Part shown: one piece after another, positions 23,940-38,099 of the stretch
How the letters are laid out: every line of letters begins with the position of its first letter
Numbering within the stretch: the stretch's first letter is position 1
Made by a program: the position numbers and the translations under genes
The notes under the pieces: model-generated
The model's database searches: none
Told to the model about the DNA's origin: nothing
What the model saw: the letters and a program-made list of their open reading frames with translations, nothing else
Assembly: GCF_006345805.1 (NCBI RefSeq)
Contig: NC_043020.1
Span: forward strand, 23,002,001-23,066,000
From: Octopus sinensis
Taxonomy: Eukaryota
DNA: 64,000 nucleotides
Reading direction: 5' to 3'

Positions 23940-24984
23940 CGTATACAATGTGTGTGTGTCTTTGTATCTGTGTTTGTCCCCTACTACCACGTGAGAATCG
24001 ATGTTGGTATGTTAACGTCCCTTTAACTTAGCGGTTCGACAAAAGGGACCGACAGAATAAGTACCGGGCTTTACAATAAATGAATAAATAAATAAATAAA
24101 TAAATAAATAAAGTAAAATAAAAATAATATTTGGTATAAAATAAAAATAATATTCGATCCATTCGACCAATACTTCTTCAAAGCAGTGCCCCAGCCGGGC
24201 TGCTGTCCAATGACTGAAACAGATAAAAGATAAGGTACCACACATGGACACCGAACCCAAACATATATAGTAACAAAACGAACCATTTTTTTTACCACAC
24301 ACAAAAAAATAGCAAAAAAACCCCCATCGACTGCAAAACAAGGGAGTCCTCCATTGAGCTAAATTAATTATATAACGGCAAGAGATACGTGCAAGAAGGT
24401 CAAGAAGATTTAATCATGTTATCAACGCTGGCGATTGACATACGACGCGTGTAATGTCTTCCTTCCGCCCATGTTAATCATCGTCTATTTGTACTATTAG
24501 GCTGGCCGCTGGATCATTTGGACTGTTAAGATGGCCGCCAGATAGCTTCACAGATAAAAAGCCTGGTCACGTGATTCGTTGCTTGGTTGAGGACGACGTG
24601 ATAGAAAGCTTTTATGATTCGTTCTGGATCATCAAGATATATTGAACGTCCGTAATGTCGAGCGTTAAGTGGTTATGGCAGCGGTGGTGGCGGTGATGGT
24701 GGTGGTTGTGTGTGTGTGTGTGTGTGTCTGTGCACGATAGTATGTTAGCGGTGGTGGTGGTGGTGGTGGTAATGTTTGGGTGTGCTGTTGTGGTTATAGT
24801 GGCGGTGGTAGTGATGATGGTGGTGATGTAAATGGTTGCGTTTGTACTGCTGGTTCCGCTAATGGTATAGTGGTCCGTATGGTGTGGTAGCGGCGGCGGC
24901 GGCGGCAGCGGTGGTGGTCATGGTGGTCATGTATATATGTATGTATATATATAATGTGTGTGTGTCTATCTTTTTATCTTCTAA

Positions 24985-25398
24985 TTTTTACTTGCTTCAG
25001 TCATTAGACTGTGGCCATGCTGGGGCACCGCCTTGAATTTTGTGTTTAGGCAAAATAATTGACCCAATTACTTTTTTTTTATCAAGCCTGGTACATATTC
25101 TAGCGATCTTATTTTGCGAAGCGCTATGATACGAGGACGTAAACACACCAACACCGGTTGTATGTATGTGTGTATGTCTCTCTCTCAATCTCTGTCTTTC
25201 ACACACACATATATATAGACACACACACATATACGACAGGATTCTTTCTATTTCCGTCTACCAAATCCACTCATAAGGCCTTCGTCGACCCGAGACAGTA
25301 GTAGAAGACACTTGCCCAAGGTGCCACACAATGGGACTGAACCCAGAATCTTGTGGTTGGGAAATAAACTTCTTACTACACAGCCACTCCTGCGTCTA
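24985..25398 (-). mobile_element. SINE family A
   Basis: Same layout; further partial copies at about 23960-24240, 30375-30465, 31610-31770, 37845-38060, 40232-40395, 48030-48220 and 50265-50395. Confidence 0.8.
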
Positions 25399-25409
25399 TA
25401 ATACACACA

Positions 25410-26004
25410 TATGTATATGAATGTATGTTTGTATGTGTGTATGTATGTATGTATGTATGTATGTATGTATGTATGTATGTATGTATGAATGTATGTATGT
25501 ATGTGTGTGTGTGTACGTATGTATGTATGTATGTATGTATGTATGTATGTATGTATGAATGTATGTATGTATGTGTGTGTGTGTACGTATGTATGTATGT
25601 ATGAGTATGTAATGCGTGTGTGTGTATGTATGTGTGTGTTTGTTTGTATGTATTTAGTAGATATGTATGTATGTATCCATGTATGTGTTAATTATGTAGT
25701 ATTTATATGTTGCATGTATGTATGTATGGTATGTATGTATGTATGTATGATGTATGTATGTATGTATGTATGTATGTATGTATGTATGTATTTAATGTAT
25801 TATGTATGTATGTATGTGTGTGTGTATTTTATGTATGCATGTATGTATGTATGTATGTCGTATGTATGATGTATGTATATATGTATGGTATGTTGTGTGT
25901 GTATGTATGGATGTATGTATGTATGTGTGCATGTATGTATGTATGTATGTATGTATGTAATGTCTTATGTGTGTATGTATGTATGTATTATGTATATATG
26001 TATG

Positions 26005-26037
<33 letters not shown>

Positions 26038-26400
26038 GTGTATGCATGTATGTATGTGTGTGTATGTATGTGTGTGTGTATGTATGTGTGTGTTTGTTTG
26101 TATGTATGTATGTATATATGTATGTATGTATCCATGTATGTATGTGTATGTGTGTATGTATGTATGTATGTATGTATGTATGTATGTATGTATGCATGTA
26201 TGCATGTATGTATGTATGTATGTATGTATGTATGTATGTATGTATGTATGTGTGTGTGTATTTATGTATGCATGTATGCATGTATGTATGTATGTATGCA
26301 TGTATGTATGTATATATGTATGTATGTGTGTGTGTCTCTGTGTGTGTGTATGTGTTGTATGTATGTGTGTGTGTCTGTGTGTGTGTGTGTGTATGTATGT
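25410..26400. repeat. ~1-kb degenerate (TATG)n/(TG)n satellite
   Basis: Directly visible. Confidence 0.95.
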
Positions 26401-26694
26401 AAATTTGATAAGCAATTCAGATGAGACACAGTTAGACAATTAATGGCAATGTCCACATGCAATGATAAAATCAAAAAAAAAAAGAGATAAAAAAATTAAT
26501 GAATGAAGCCCACAGTAGAAATCAATAACAAAAGACAAAAAAAAATATTTCTATATGAATAATATTTTGTCTAATGACTAATTCGTCTTTTGTGCTAGGC
26601 CACTGGTAATAATAACCTATGTTATCACCCTTTTTGATAAATTTGTTCGTAAAATGTTTTACCGGCATGCCCTATGTTGCCGGGTATATTTTGC

Positions 26695-26882
26695 GTCTGC
26701 GCAGAGGTTTGAAAAGTTAAGATATACAAATTGTTAGACCGACATGTGCTCTAACGCTCTGTGCATCTATAATTAGGAAGGCGTCCCGCTGACGAACCTT
26801 GCTTTGGCAAACATATTCTGTCTGTTTTGCTAGAAAGAGGTAGAAACTGATCAGTCCGGGATATATCGTTAATGGTAAATGT
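26695..26882 (+). repeat. ~190-bp dispersed structured repeat with HHR, copy 2
   Basis: Homologous along its full length to 20461-20645. Confidence 0.8.
26784..26861 (+). ncRNA. Type I HHR, canonical core, extended stem II, GUC site
   Basis: TCCCG CTGACGA ACCT...TTTGGCAAAC/GTTTTGCTAGA...AGGT A GAAA CTGATCAG TC CGGGA; stem III is the perfect palindrome ACTGATCAGT. Confidence 0.85.
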
Positions 26883-26962
26883 TTTTGATCTTCATTCTCT
26901 CCATGAATTTATCCCTCTTTGTGTCTCTAGCACTAAGCTTCCTTATTTGGGAGCCTTTTATT

Positions 26963-27062
<100 letters not shown>

Positions 27063-27318
27063 AAAAACATACAATCTGGGACAAGAACGCAAAACATTTA
27101 GAAGACGATACAAAAAACACGGACAGGACATTCGAAGCCTTCAATCTTCAGTCAAGAACCGGATCATCCTCGCAATTTCGGCTGATTAATCTTGAGATTG
27201 CTATACTATTTCTCACATACACACTTAACAAGCCGCCATTATATGCAAAAGTATGCACAAAATAACACAAACCACTTAAAAGTTATGCAGACACATTCAC
27301 ACACATTATAACTTACAG

Positions 27319-27467
27319 AACACGAAGGAGATTCTTTGGATTCGGAAAAAAGGATAAGATATATGCAGTAACACAGATCGTCGATAAGGTCAAATGCTCC
27401 GCAGAAAATAACGAAATAAGATTCATGAAGACATGTGCCTTGAAAAAAGAGCTTAAACGACATCGAT
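27319..27467 (+). CDS. Candidate internal exon (TRRRFFGFGKKDKIYAVTQIVDKVKCSAENNEIRFMKTCALKKELKRHR)
   Basis: ttataacttacAG acceptor and GTAAGT donor; 49 open codons in one frame while the other two frames have stops; no family recognised. Confidence 0.45.
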
Positions 27468-27891
27468 GTAAGTTGATACAAAAAATGATAATGCATAAAA
27501 ATTTTATGTATAATCTGTTACGAATCTCGCGTGGGTATTTCATTCGCTCTCAGAGCAAATGGAAATGTATTTATAACTGACAAAACATGAAAGCAATTCA
27601 TGAAAAATAGGAGCTGTATACTTTCAAAATGCTCTGAAAAGACCGTCCAAATATATAAGGGATTTTAATGCAAATCTGGTTTCGATTCCTATCAACGTAG
27701 CTCTTGATAAAACTCCCATTATTCTTTAAATCAATGAAATTTTGTAAGGTAATTGTCTTTTATTAAAGCACCAGGCGTAGATTAAATTCTGCGGAAGTAT
27801 ATGCTTATAGCAGCGTCACTCATTATATATTAGAGCAGAAACAGCTGTAAGCTAATGAAGTTCATTATATAAATTGTTGTTCCTTTGTCAC

Positions 27892-28040
<149 letters not shown>

Positions 28041-28111
28041 AATCTATCCATCCATATACTATTTCTGTTGTCTGCCTGCCGGCTTTCTGTCTGTCCGTCT
28101 ATCTATAGCTA

Positions 28112-28168
<57 letters not shown>

Positions 28169-30223
28169 ATATATAGATATATATTATATAATATATATAC
28201 ATACATATATATATGTATATGTATATGTATGCGTGTATATATATAATATGTATATGCTTGTGTGTGAAAAATATGTGTATAAATATCCATACATACATAT
28301 ATACATGCATACACACACATAAATATACACTTATCTAAATATTTGTATACATATGTACATAATTAGTCATAACACATGCACGCACACGCGTACACATACA
28401 TAACAACGCCTCGTGCACACAATAACACGCACGCACACATGCACACACACACACATGCACATGTACACACGCACACACACACAAAACTAAAAACCTTATC
28501 ATACGGACATTACCGAAAATAAACCGATCGTCGAACATTTAATAACGATGGCAAGAAACCATCTGCAGGTTAACAATGGCTAATAACCAGGTGATAGTGT
28601 ACCTGTAGTAATTATATACATCATTAGAAAACATTGTATTCGCTAGAATTTTTGCATGAACAAACAATGAAGTTTTGGATAATTTGTGGCGATAATAGAA
28701 ATTTGGGAGCCATTTAAGTATTAATTGCTGGAATTAAAATTGGTTATTTAGATTCGCTTCTAGTATACTTTATAGAAAAATTGAAAGAATCATTGTTTTT
28801 TGGGTGTTTTTGTTGTTGAAGAGGAATAGAAAGACATACGTACTTTAAGAGAAAAAAATACCGAAATCTTATGAATAAAAATAAAAGTGTTAGGGGTAAA
28901 TTTTGCTCGTTACTTTTAGCTTAAATTTCTCTGATTATTTCTCTCTTTCTGCACACACTCACACGTATGTATGTATGCTTATATATACACTTATATATGC
29001 TCTTTTTTCTTTCTAATTCAGTATATGTAAGTCACATCATGTATGTGAATATTAACTAACGCATACATTTCTACAATTCTCAACTGAGTTTCACCAAACT
29101 TTACACACACATTACTTATGTCCCAAGGATGGCCATGCACTATAATATTTCCCCCCAGAGCTCTTGCGTAAATGAAAAAAAAAAACGGGAATATGGTGGT
29201 TTACACAGGTTTTCTCTAATTCGTTGTATGTACATAATTATTTTGTATGTAGTTTCTATACTTATTAAATCTTTCTGGTCGTAAATTGGTATTAGAGAAT
29301 ATTTTTTTAGCGGTTTTCATACTTTTTGATTTATTATTTATTTATGTGTTGTAATTTTGTATTATTACATTCTGTCAATATATTTAAAAATAAGTATTGG
29401 TATGTATTGTGTGTTTGAGTGTTTTGGTGAGAGAGTATTAGAAAAGTGAAAGGATTTTTTTTATTTTGACTGTTTTCCATACTTTTTAAATCTATATGGT
29501 CGTATATTTGCATTACAGAATTTTTTTTTTAGCTGTTTTCACATTTTTTGATGAATTATTTGCCTTACAACGCAACATCTTTTCACGGCAAAGTGCTAAA
29601 GATTCAAATTCAAACTCTTCATGTTTTCATTTTTCGTTACCTGAAGTCAATTTCAGAGTGGTCGTACCTTTAACTCTACTTTCCCGAGTAGCTATTATAT
29701 TATCTCATTGCGAACTGCTAAAAATTCAAGGCTGTTTTCGTGAACTTAAGTCAAACTCTGAATGTATTCATTTGTCGTCATCTGCAAGTTAATTTCAGAG
29801 TGGTCGTACACTGTAAACATGTAGGAAACACATTCCTTCAACTCTGATTTTTCAAGTAAGTATTATATTGCCATTTTTGAACGTACCTATCATACTTCTC
29901 ACCGAAAAAATTGCCCACTTTTTGCTGTTGAATAAAATAGAATTTATATGGCTGTTTTCTGACAAGAAGTTTTGCCTTCATGTAAACAACTATATTTTGT
30001 GGTCATTATCCATGATCCAATCCTAAAACACTGCAGCAGCTCTACTTTGCATCATATTCCAGAAAGAAAATTTTCTGGTTTTAAGTTTCACGTTCCAGTA
30101 ATGTATAATGCAATTTTTAATTGATTGCTTAACGAGTAGGAGGTTGTATCTTATGTATCGTCAGTAGGAGGATTTTCCGATTGCAGAGTGGTACATAATT
30201 CGGTCAAATGTTGATTGACCCGT

Positions 30224-30262
<39 letters not shown>

Positions 30263-30670
30263 CACACACACACACACAAACACACATACAGATATACATA
30301 CATACATACATACATACATACATACATACATACATACAGACAGACAGACAGACAGACATGCATATATATATATGTGACGGGCTCCGTCTGTCAATAGTAG
30401 AAAGCACTTTCCTAAGGTGCCACGCAGTGGAACTGAACCCGGAACCATGTGGTTGGGAACCTGCGGCTCAGTGGTTACCGATGATGTTGACTTGTTCTTC
30501 TTTTCGGATTATGGCTGCTGTTGCTTAGTGAGTGGGATTGACTCAGTGCACAGCCTTTCCTCACTTTAAAAAATATTCTTGCACAGGCATTGCGCGATAA
30601 CAACATTGATTTAGCTTCGTGCAATTCCATACCCGATAAGGAGGGGGCAGCCACCATTTGGATGAAAACA

Positions 30671-30742
<72 letters not shown>

Positions 30743-30839
30743 CGGGAAGCTTTATGAAAATAAACAAAAGACGAAGGCAGGTGGAATACAAACAAACAAT
30801 TGTATTAGTATGGCGCTCAGGAATATAAATAAAACAAGT

Positions 30840-30877
30840 CTTTTTACGTTTCGAGCCTACGCTCTTCAACAGAAAGA
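30840..30877 (-). ncRNA. Minimal type I HHR motif, A6U variant
   Basis: Minus strand: TCTTT CTGTTGA A GAGC-GTAG-GCTC GAAA CG TA AAAAA; same family as 12508-12545. Confidence 0.65.
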
Positions 30878-30952
30878 TACACAGAAAAGAAACACGGAGA
30901 GAAACAAGGAAGGAAAAAAAATGCGTGCAGAAGCTAGCGAATCACATGGCGA

Positions 30953-31004
<52 letters not shown>

Positions 31005-31792
31005 ATATATGGATATTCATATATATATATATATACATACACATATATATGGATATTCATATATACGTCCATGCACACAGGAACGCACATATTCGTATAT
31101 CCTAGAAACTGATAAACTGGTTGCAGGTGTAGAAGCTTTATGAGGCCATCATATATCGTATCTAGGTTGGATATGCCTAACAATATAAACTCTAATCTCT
31201 TATGGCGTCTTGACAGATGAGCAACGGATAAGGAGATTATTTAAGACTATGAGAGACAAACAGTTGCTTATAAGCTTATAACTATTTACGGATTTTGCAA
31301 TTTGATTAATGAGTTGCACTGTTTGCCCCCGCAGAGAAAAAATATCTCTACTATTAATTATTAAGCAAACAAATTCTTAATTAATTTAAATTTTCTTCTG
31401 AAAGAAAAGGGGAGGTAATTAAATAAATATTTTCACAAAATTATTATATTTGCTCGGAGGAAAAGAAATCTAATGCTTGCTTGTTTATAGGTAAAAGAAT
31501 ATAAATGATATTTATTTTGGTTGTATTTTATGTCGATAATGCAGCACAAAATACTTAGATCTATTTTCATTGGCTGAAAAAAAAATGCATTTAAAAAAAT
31601 AAGCGAAGTTTTGTTCCCGTGGTAATTAACTGTCATTGGACTGCGGCCATGGTGGGACACCGCCTTAGTCAAAAGAAGTCGGGACTAAGTACTTGTTTTA
31701 AATTTAGAACTTATTCTATCACACACTTGTCGCTGAAACGTTATGTTACAGAGACATAAGTAAACCACACACACAAACTCACACACACACAC

Positions 31793-31824
<32 letters not shown>

Positions 31825-31949
31825 CACACATACACACACACCACACACACACACACACATATATATATAGTACACATACACACACACCCAACCGTATGAC
31901 CTAAAACGTTCACGGTGAGGTTAACGAAATTATGAATATCTGTCTGTCC

Positions 31950-31996
<47 letters not shown>

Positions 31997-32146
31997 GATC
32001 TATCTTTCTATCTACCCACCTACCTACCTACCAACCTATCCATCCATCCATCCATCCTCCAACCCACCCATCTACCTACCTACCTACCTACCTACCTACC
32101 TACCTACCTACCTACAAACCTATCTACCAACCTATCTATCTATCTG

Positions 32147-32202
<56 letters not shown>

Positions 32203-32738
32203 ATCTATCTATCTATCTATCTATCTATCTTGAAACCGGTCTATCTATCTTGAAAAGTGAATAAAATCTTTTAAAATTGCATTTTCAAACTTCACTCAAT
32301 ATATATATATATATATAATATATATGAGTGAAGGTTTGAAATGCAATTTTAAAGATGTTTATTCACTTGACGGTTTCAAGATTATATATATATATGTACA
32401 CATACACATACACATATACACACACACATACTTACATACACTCATACGGACATACATACACACAGACATACACACCTACACACTCACACATACATACTAC
32501 ATACACACACACATACCTACATACACACTCGCATGCACACGCACACACATGCATGCGCGCGCGCACGCACACATACATTCATGCATGCACGCATGCCTTT
32601 AGGGTCTGGCTTTATTTCGGGCCCGCGTCGGGGCGTGTGCGTGTGTGCCTGTAGTTTCGCATGCGCCCGCACCGCGATAGTCTTTTCCATCTATCTTTCA
32701 GTTGCGAATGTGTCCTTGCATGCTTATAATACACACAT

Positions 32739-32799
<61 letters not shown>

Positions 32800-33536
32800 T
32801 ATATACAAACATATAAACACACATTTGTAATCACACACACACATACATACATTCACTCCCACGCACGTACACACACACATTTACATATATATACAATACA
32901 CGCACACACACACACACGTACAAACACACTAATTCACATACACACCGACATATACATACACACAACATATACCTCCACGCGCACGCACACATACACATAC
33001 GTCACACCATAAAGCACAGACACACACATACATACGCACACTCGCACACAATCATACGTATATATACACACACACACACACGTACAAGCAGACACGCATA
33101 CACACTAAGTCTAAGCACAGTTACGCCATACACACAAAAAAAACGCACCACATACTACAACAAAACACACACGATACATAACACACGCACACACACATAC
33201 CTCCCTGTTCTGACCTGCCTTTCTGACTTGCTAGGTACCCCCACCCACTCCTTAATTCCCTACTGCCTGCTACCAGCCATCGTCCACCATTCCACTACTG
33301 CTTGCTACCAGCCATCGTCCACCATACACACACATACACACACACGCATACACCACCACACACACCCTTGTCATCCGCACACCATTTTACCATTCCTTCT
33401 CTGATTCAGCTCTTTTGTTTTTAAAACACTTTTCCTTCCTTTTGACCACTTCCGTCTTTTTAGTATGTGACCTCGTGTAGACTACCTGCTATTTTTTCCC
33501 TCTGTCCTCCCGTCTCGGGATGTTTCTTTCTCCTAT

Positions 33537-33570
33537 GTATCCGACGAAGAGCTCGCTCGAAACGTCAAAC
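33537..33570 (+). ncRNA. Minimal type I HHR, U4C variant, GUC site
   Basis: GTAT CCGACGA A GAGC-TC-GCTC GAAA CG TC AAAC; in a pLTR-like remnant at about 33400-33670 ending in (TA)n. Confidence 0.7.
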
Positions 33571-33666
33571 CCTCCTTCTTCCCTTCTTTCCTGAGTGTCC
33601 AACATACTTATTTGTTCCACATCCTTGCGTTGTTTTTTTTGTTTTCTTGTTTGGATTAACTTTATA

Positions 33667-33714
<48 letters not shown>

Positions 33715-33715
33715 G

Positions 33716-34100
33716 AGTGAAGATTTGAAAATGCAATTTTAAAAGATGTTTATTCACTTGACCGGTTTCACTTTTTTAGGAAAAAATTGTCAAAAGTAAA
33801 ATGTAAAAGCGTTGTTGTGTTAGGTACTGGTTGTCACAAAATATTACAATACACATATAAATTCTTTGATAATAATAAGAACATGTTAAAAACAGTCTAC
33901 AAGGAAAAATCTTGAGAAAATATAAAGAAGTTCATTAAAATATTGGGCACAAAATATTACAATACATATATACATTCTTTGATAATAATAATAAGAATAT
34001 GTTAAAAACAGTTTGAAGAAAAAATTTTTTTGAGAAATTATTAACAAATTCATAAAACCTATTAGGATTTCATTAAAACTCATGTTAGTTTGGAAGTATC
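33716..34100 (-). mobile_element. Diverged relative of the foldback arm, with its own ~118-bp internal tandem repeat
   Basis: Shares the terminal ~85 bp (gaag(g/a)tttgaaaatgcaatttt...ttgtcaaaagtaa) including the HHR; truncated termini also at 32230-32297 and 32326-32382. Confidence 0.6.
33755..33798 (-). ncRNA. Minimal HHR, U3:A8 variant, GUC site
   Basis: Minus strand: TACTT TTGACAA TTTTTT-CCT-AAAAAA GT GAAA CCGG TC AAGTG. Confidence 0.6.
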
Positions 34101-34242
34101 TATATATATATACACAGAAAATTATAAGTTCAAAAAGGTCATATTTTGGTAGTATATATATATATATATTCACTGAAAGAGATATATTTAGTTTACAAAC
34201 GTGCACACATATACACACACCATCCTACCAAATATTAAACAC

Positions 34243-34548
34243 ACACAGACACATTTACATACACCACAATAAACCCTGGGACCAATCATACATAAATTTA
34301 TTTATATATATATAAATTATATACACACACACACACACACCACACACACACCACACACACACACACACACACACCACACACACACACCACACACACACAC
34401 AAATATATATAGTATGCTTCGATATACGACCTAATTCGTTCCTGGAGAACGCTCGCAAAACGAAAACTCACAAACAGAAAGCAAAACTCGCAAAAAGTTC
34501 GTAAAAGCGGAGTCTGGTACACCGGGCACTCGTAAAGTGAGGTATTAC

Positions 34549-34579
<31 letters not shown>

Positions 34580-35148
34580 TCAGGATTAATTTTCAGGTTT
34601 CTCGTTTTTCTTCTCCGTCATTCTATTTCAATTTAATATCTCTTCTCCGCATGTAATTATTTTCATATTTATCGAACCGTGTGCTAAAATAGTTCTCACA
34701 AAAAATATATCCTGTGCAGGCGTTTTTAGGCAAGTTGATTAATGATATAAAACTTTTACAATTAATGTCGGAGATTGCAAATATCTCTCTCAGTTTTCCA
34801 GACAGCTGGGTCATAAAATATTCATAGATATGTCGTCAGCATTTATATTTTTTTGTTTGTCTTTCTGATTATGCGTGTAAAGGGGGTATACTCCGTCTAC
34901 CTTTTTGTTCTCAAACTCTATCCTCCACTATTAACTATGTTTTAAACTTTTTTTTTTTGTAATGAAAGATAGTCAGGAACACGAGTTCGTGTTCAGAAAG
35001 TATATCCATACATTCATTTTAACATATCTTTTTCTTTTAAAATGTCGTTTAGATTTAGCCGCTTATGCACTACACACACAGACACATTTACATACACCAC
35101 AATAAACCTGGGGACCAATCATACATAAATTTATTTATATATATATAA

Positions 35149-35237
<89 letters not shown>

Positions 35238-35388
35238 ATATATATAGTAATGCTTCGATATACGACCTAATTCGTTCCTGGAGAACGCTCGCAAAACGAA
35301 AACTCACAAACAGAAAGCAAAACTCGCAAAAAGTTCGTAAAAGCGGAGTCTGGTACACCGGGCACTCGTAAAGTGAGGTATTACTGTG

Positions 35389-35424
<36 letters not shown>

Positions 35425-35925
35425 TATATATATATTATATTCTTCAGGTTTTTCAGTTTCTTTCTTCTCCGTCATTCTATTTCAATTTAATATCTCTTCT
35501 CCGCATGTAATTATTTTCATATTTATCGAACCGTGTGCTAAAATAGTTCTCACAAAAAATATATCCTGTGCAGGCGTTTTTTAGGCAAGTTGATTAATGA
35601 TATAAAACTTTTACAATTAATGTCGGAGATTGCAATATCTCCTCTCAGTTTTCCAGACAGCTGGGTCATAAAATATTCATAGATATGTCGTCAGCATTTT
35701 ATTTTTTTTGTTTGTCTTTCTGATTATGCGGTAAAGGGGGTATACTCCGTCTACCTTTTTGTTCTCAAACTCTATCCTCCACTATTAACTATGTTTTAAA
35801 CTTTTTTTTTTGTAATGAAGATAGTCAGGAACACGAGTTCGTGTCAGAAAGTATATCCATACATTCATTTTAACATATCTTTTTCTTTTAAAATGTCGTT
35901 TAGATTTAGCCGCTACACACACAGA
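34243..35925. repeat. ~830-bp tandem duplication
   Basis: 34243-35072 is nearly identical to 35073-35925. Confidence 0.9.
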
Positions 35926-36088
35926 CACACACACACATACATATAAAAACTTGACTCCATCGGTCACGAATGACCATGGTTGCACCTAAGAGATTCCCTT
36001 TCGGGGTACACATCACTCGACGTTCTAACCACTGAACCACGCGCCTTCACATACATACACACATACATACATATATATATAATATATG

Positions 36089-36123
<35 letters not shown>

Positions 36124-37005
36124 CAAATGTATGCACATATATGCACATATACATACATATATGTACATACCTACATATTCATGTATACATACATGCATAT
36201 ATGGGTACAGGACACCAAAAAAAAAACGTTGAACACAATGAGAAATGAAAATATAAAAACAAAAACATGGTAACGAACTTTTTTTCAAAGAACGAAAAAA
36301 TAGAGTACAAGACATACAACACAAGGAATATTCCCCTTCTTCAGCTGTCCCTGATTTGTCTGCTCCGCATTTCGATGGTAAGGACAAGACGCAACTTCGT
36401 TGAAACAGTCCTTCCCGCAAAGCAAGTTAAATAAAATTTGCTATTTTTGCGGATGGGTAAACATGGTAACAAGAACAGGACAGTAAAAACAAAACAAGAC
36501 AGTCCTTCTCATATGTGTCTTACTCAAGGACACAACGCGTCGCCGGGAATTGAACTCACGACCTTACAATCGTGAGTGGAATGCCCTAACCACTAAGCCA
36601 TGCGCCCTCCCATAAAATAAGTCAGCCTCTATTCACTTTCCGCATCGTGGTACTCCGTCGGTTACGACGACGAGGGTTCCATTTGATCTGACCAACGGAA
36701 CAACCTGCTCGTGAAATGAACGTGAAAGTGGCTGAGCACTCCACAGACACGTGTCCTCTTAACGTAGTTCTCGGAGAGATTCAGCGCGACAAGACTGGTC
36801 CTTTGAAATACAGATACAACAGAAACAGGAAGAAAGAGTGAGAGAAAGTTGTGGCGAAAGAGTACAACAGGGGTCGCCACCACCACCTGCCGGAACTTCG
36901 TGGAGCTTTTTTATGTGTTTTCGCTCAATAAACACACACAACGTCCGGTCTGGGAATCGAAACCGCGAGTCTACTGTCCCCTAACCACTGGGCCATTGCG
37001 CCTCC

Positions 37006-37062
<57 letters not shown>

Positions 37063-37070
37063 ATATATAG

Positions 37071-37103
<33 letters not shown>

Positions 37104-38099
37104 TGTATGTTGTATGTATGTATATGTATGTATATATATAAAGCCATACAATATATGGCAGTATGTTTTTTCATCTGTACTGTCACAATATTTTTCGATG
37201 CGCACTCAATCTAAATATGGCTATAACACTACATGGCATTCGATAGAACTTTTTCAGTAAGATTATACAAACACACGCTAGCATAGATTACTTATCCAAA
37301 TAGCTTTAACATTAATTTTTCAAGCATTAAACAAATCCCACTGTTGGTTCACATGGGAACCTAGATACAATTTTTATTCCCTCTTAAATCTGCTCAGCGC
37401 AGTAAAATATATTTCTGATGATTATACAGAAGAGAAACCCTAACAAAATAAAAGAGAGACGTATACTTTTAACACGATAAAACAAGATACTACTAATGTT
37501 TTCTTTCCAAGTTCTAGTGTTGCCTGGTTTTTAAATCGTAAATGATAAGGGAAGGTGATGACATGTGATGTTAACAAACACAGAGAAGACGACGAAAGAT
37601 AAATGTAGATGTTAGGTCAATATCTGCTTTCGCATTTACACAGAGTCGACTTTTTAGTATTTATTTGTGTTTTATTTATGATATAAGAATCGATAATGAG
37701 CCATAGCGTTGTTGGTAACTGGTAAACTGGTTCACAACGGATCGATCTATATAATTCGCTACGTTGGTAGCGAGGAGGGATTATTTGGAAGTCGGTGCAG
37801 AACAAATATCGTTCGAAGAGCTCTCGGAGTTCCTTCAACTATACTCTTTTACTATTTTACTTGTTTCCGTCATTTGACTGTGGCCATACTGGAGCACTGC
37901 CTTTAGTCGAGCAAATCGACCCCCAAGACTTATTTTTGTAAGCCTAGTACTTATTCTTTCGGACTGTGTTGCCGGACTGCTAAGTTACGGGGACGTAAAC
38001 ACACCAGCATCGGTTGTCAAGCGATGTTGGGGGGGGGGGGGGGGAGGGCAAACACAAGCACACAAACATGCACACACACACACACACATATATATATAC

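Noticed and set aside
30555-30672. Peptide ALRDNNIDLASCNSIPDKEGAATI resembling a hAT transposase motif
   Set aside because: Short, lacks the clear TDGA signature, and has no TIRs or further motifs.
36330-36410. Minus-strand CTGAAGAAGGGG as an HHR
   Set aside because: No downstream GAAA in register.
37650-37840. Open frames on both strands as an exon
   Set aside because: No convincing splice-site pair and no recognisable motif.
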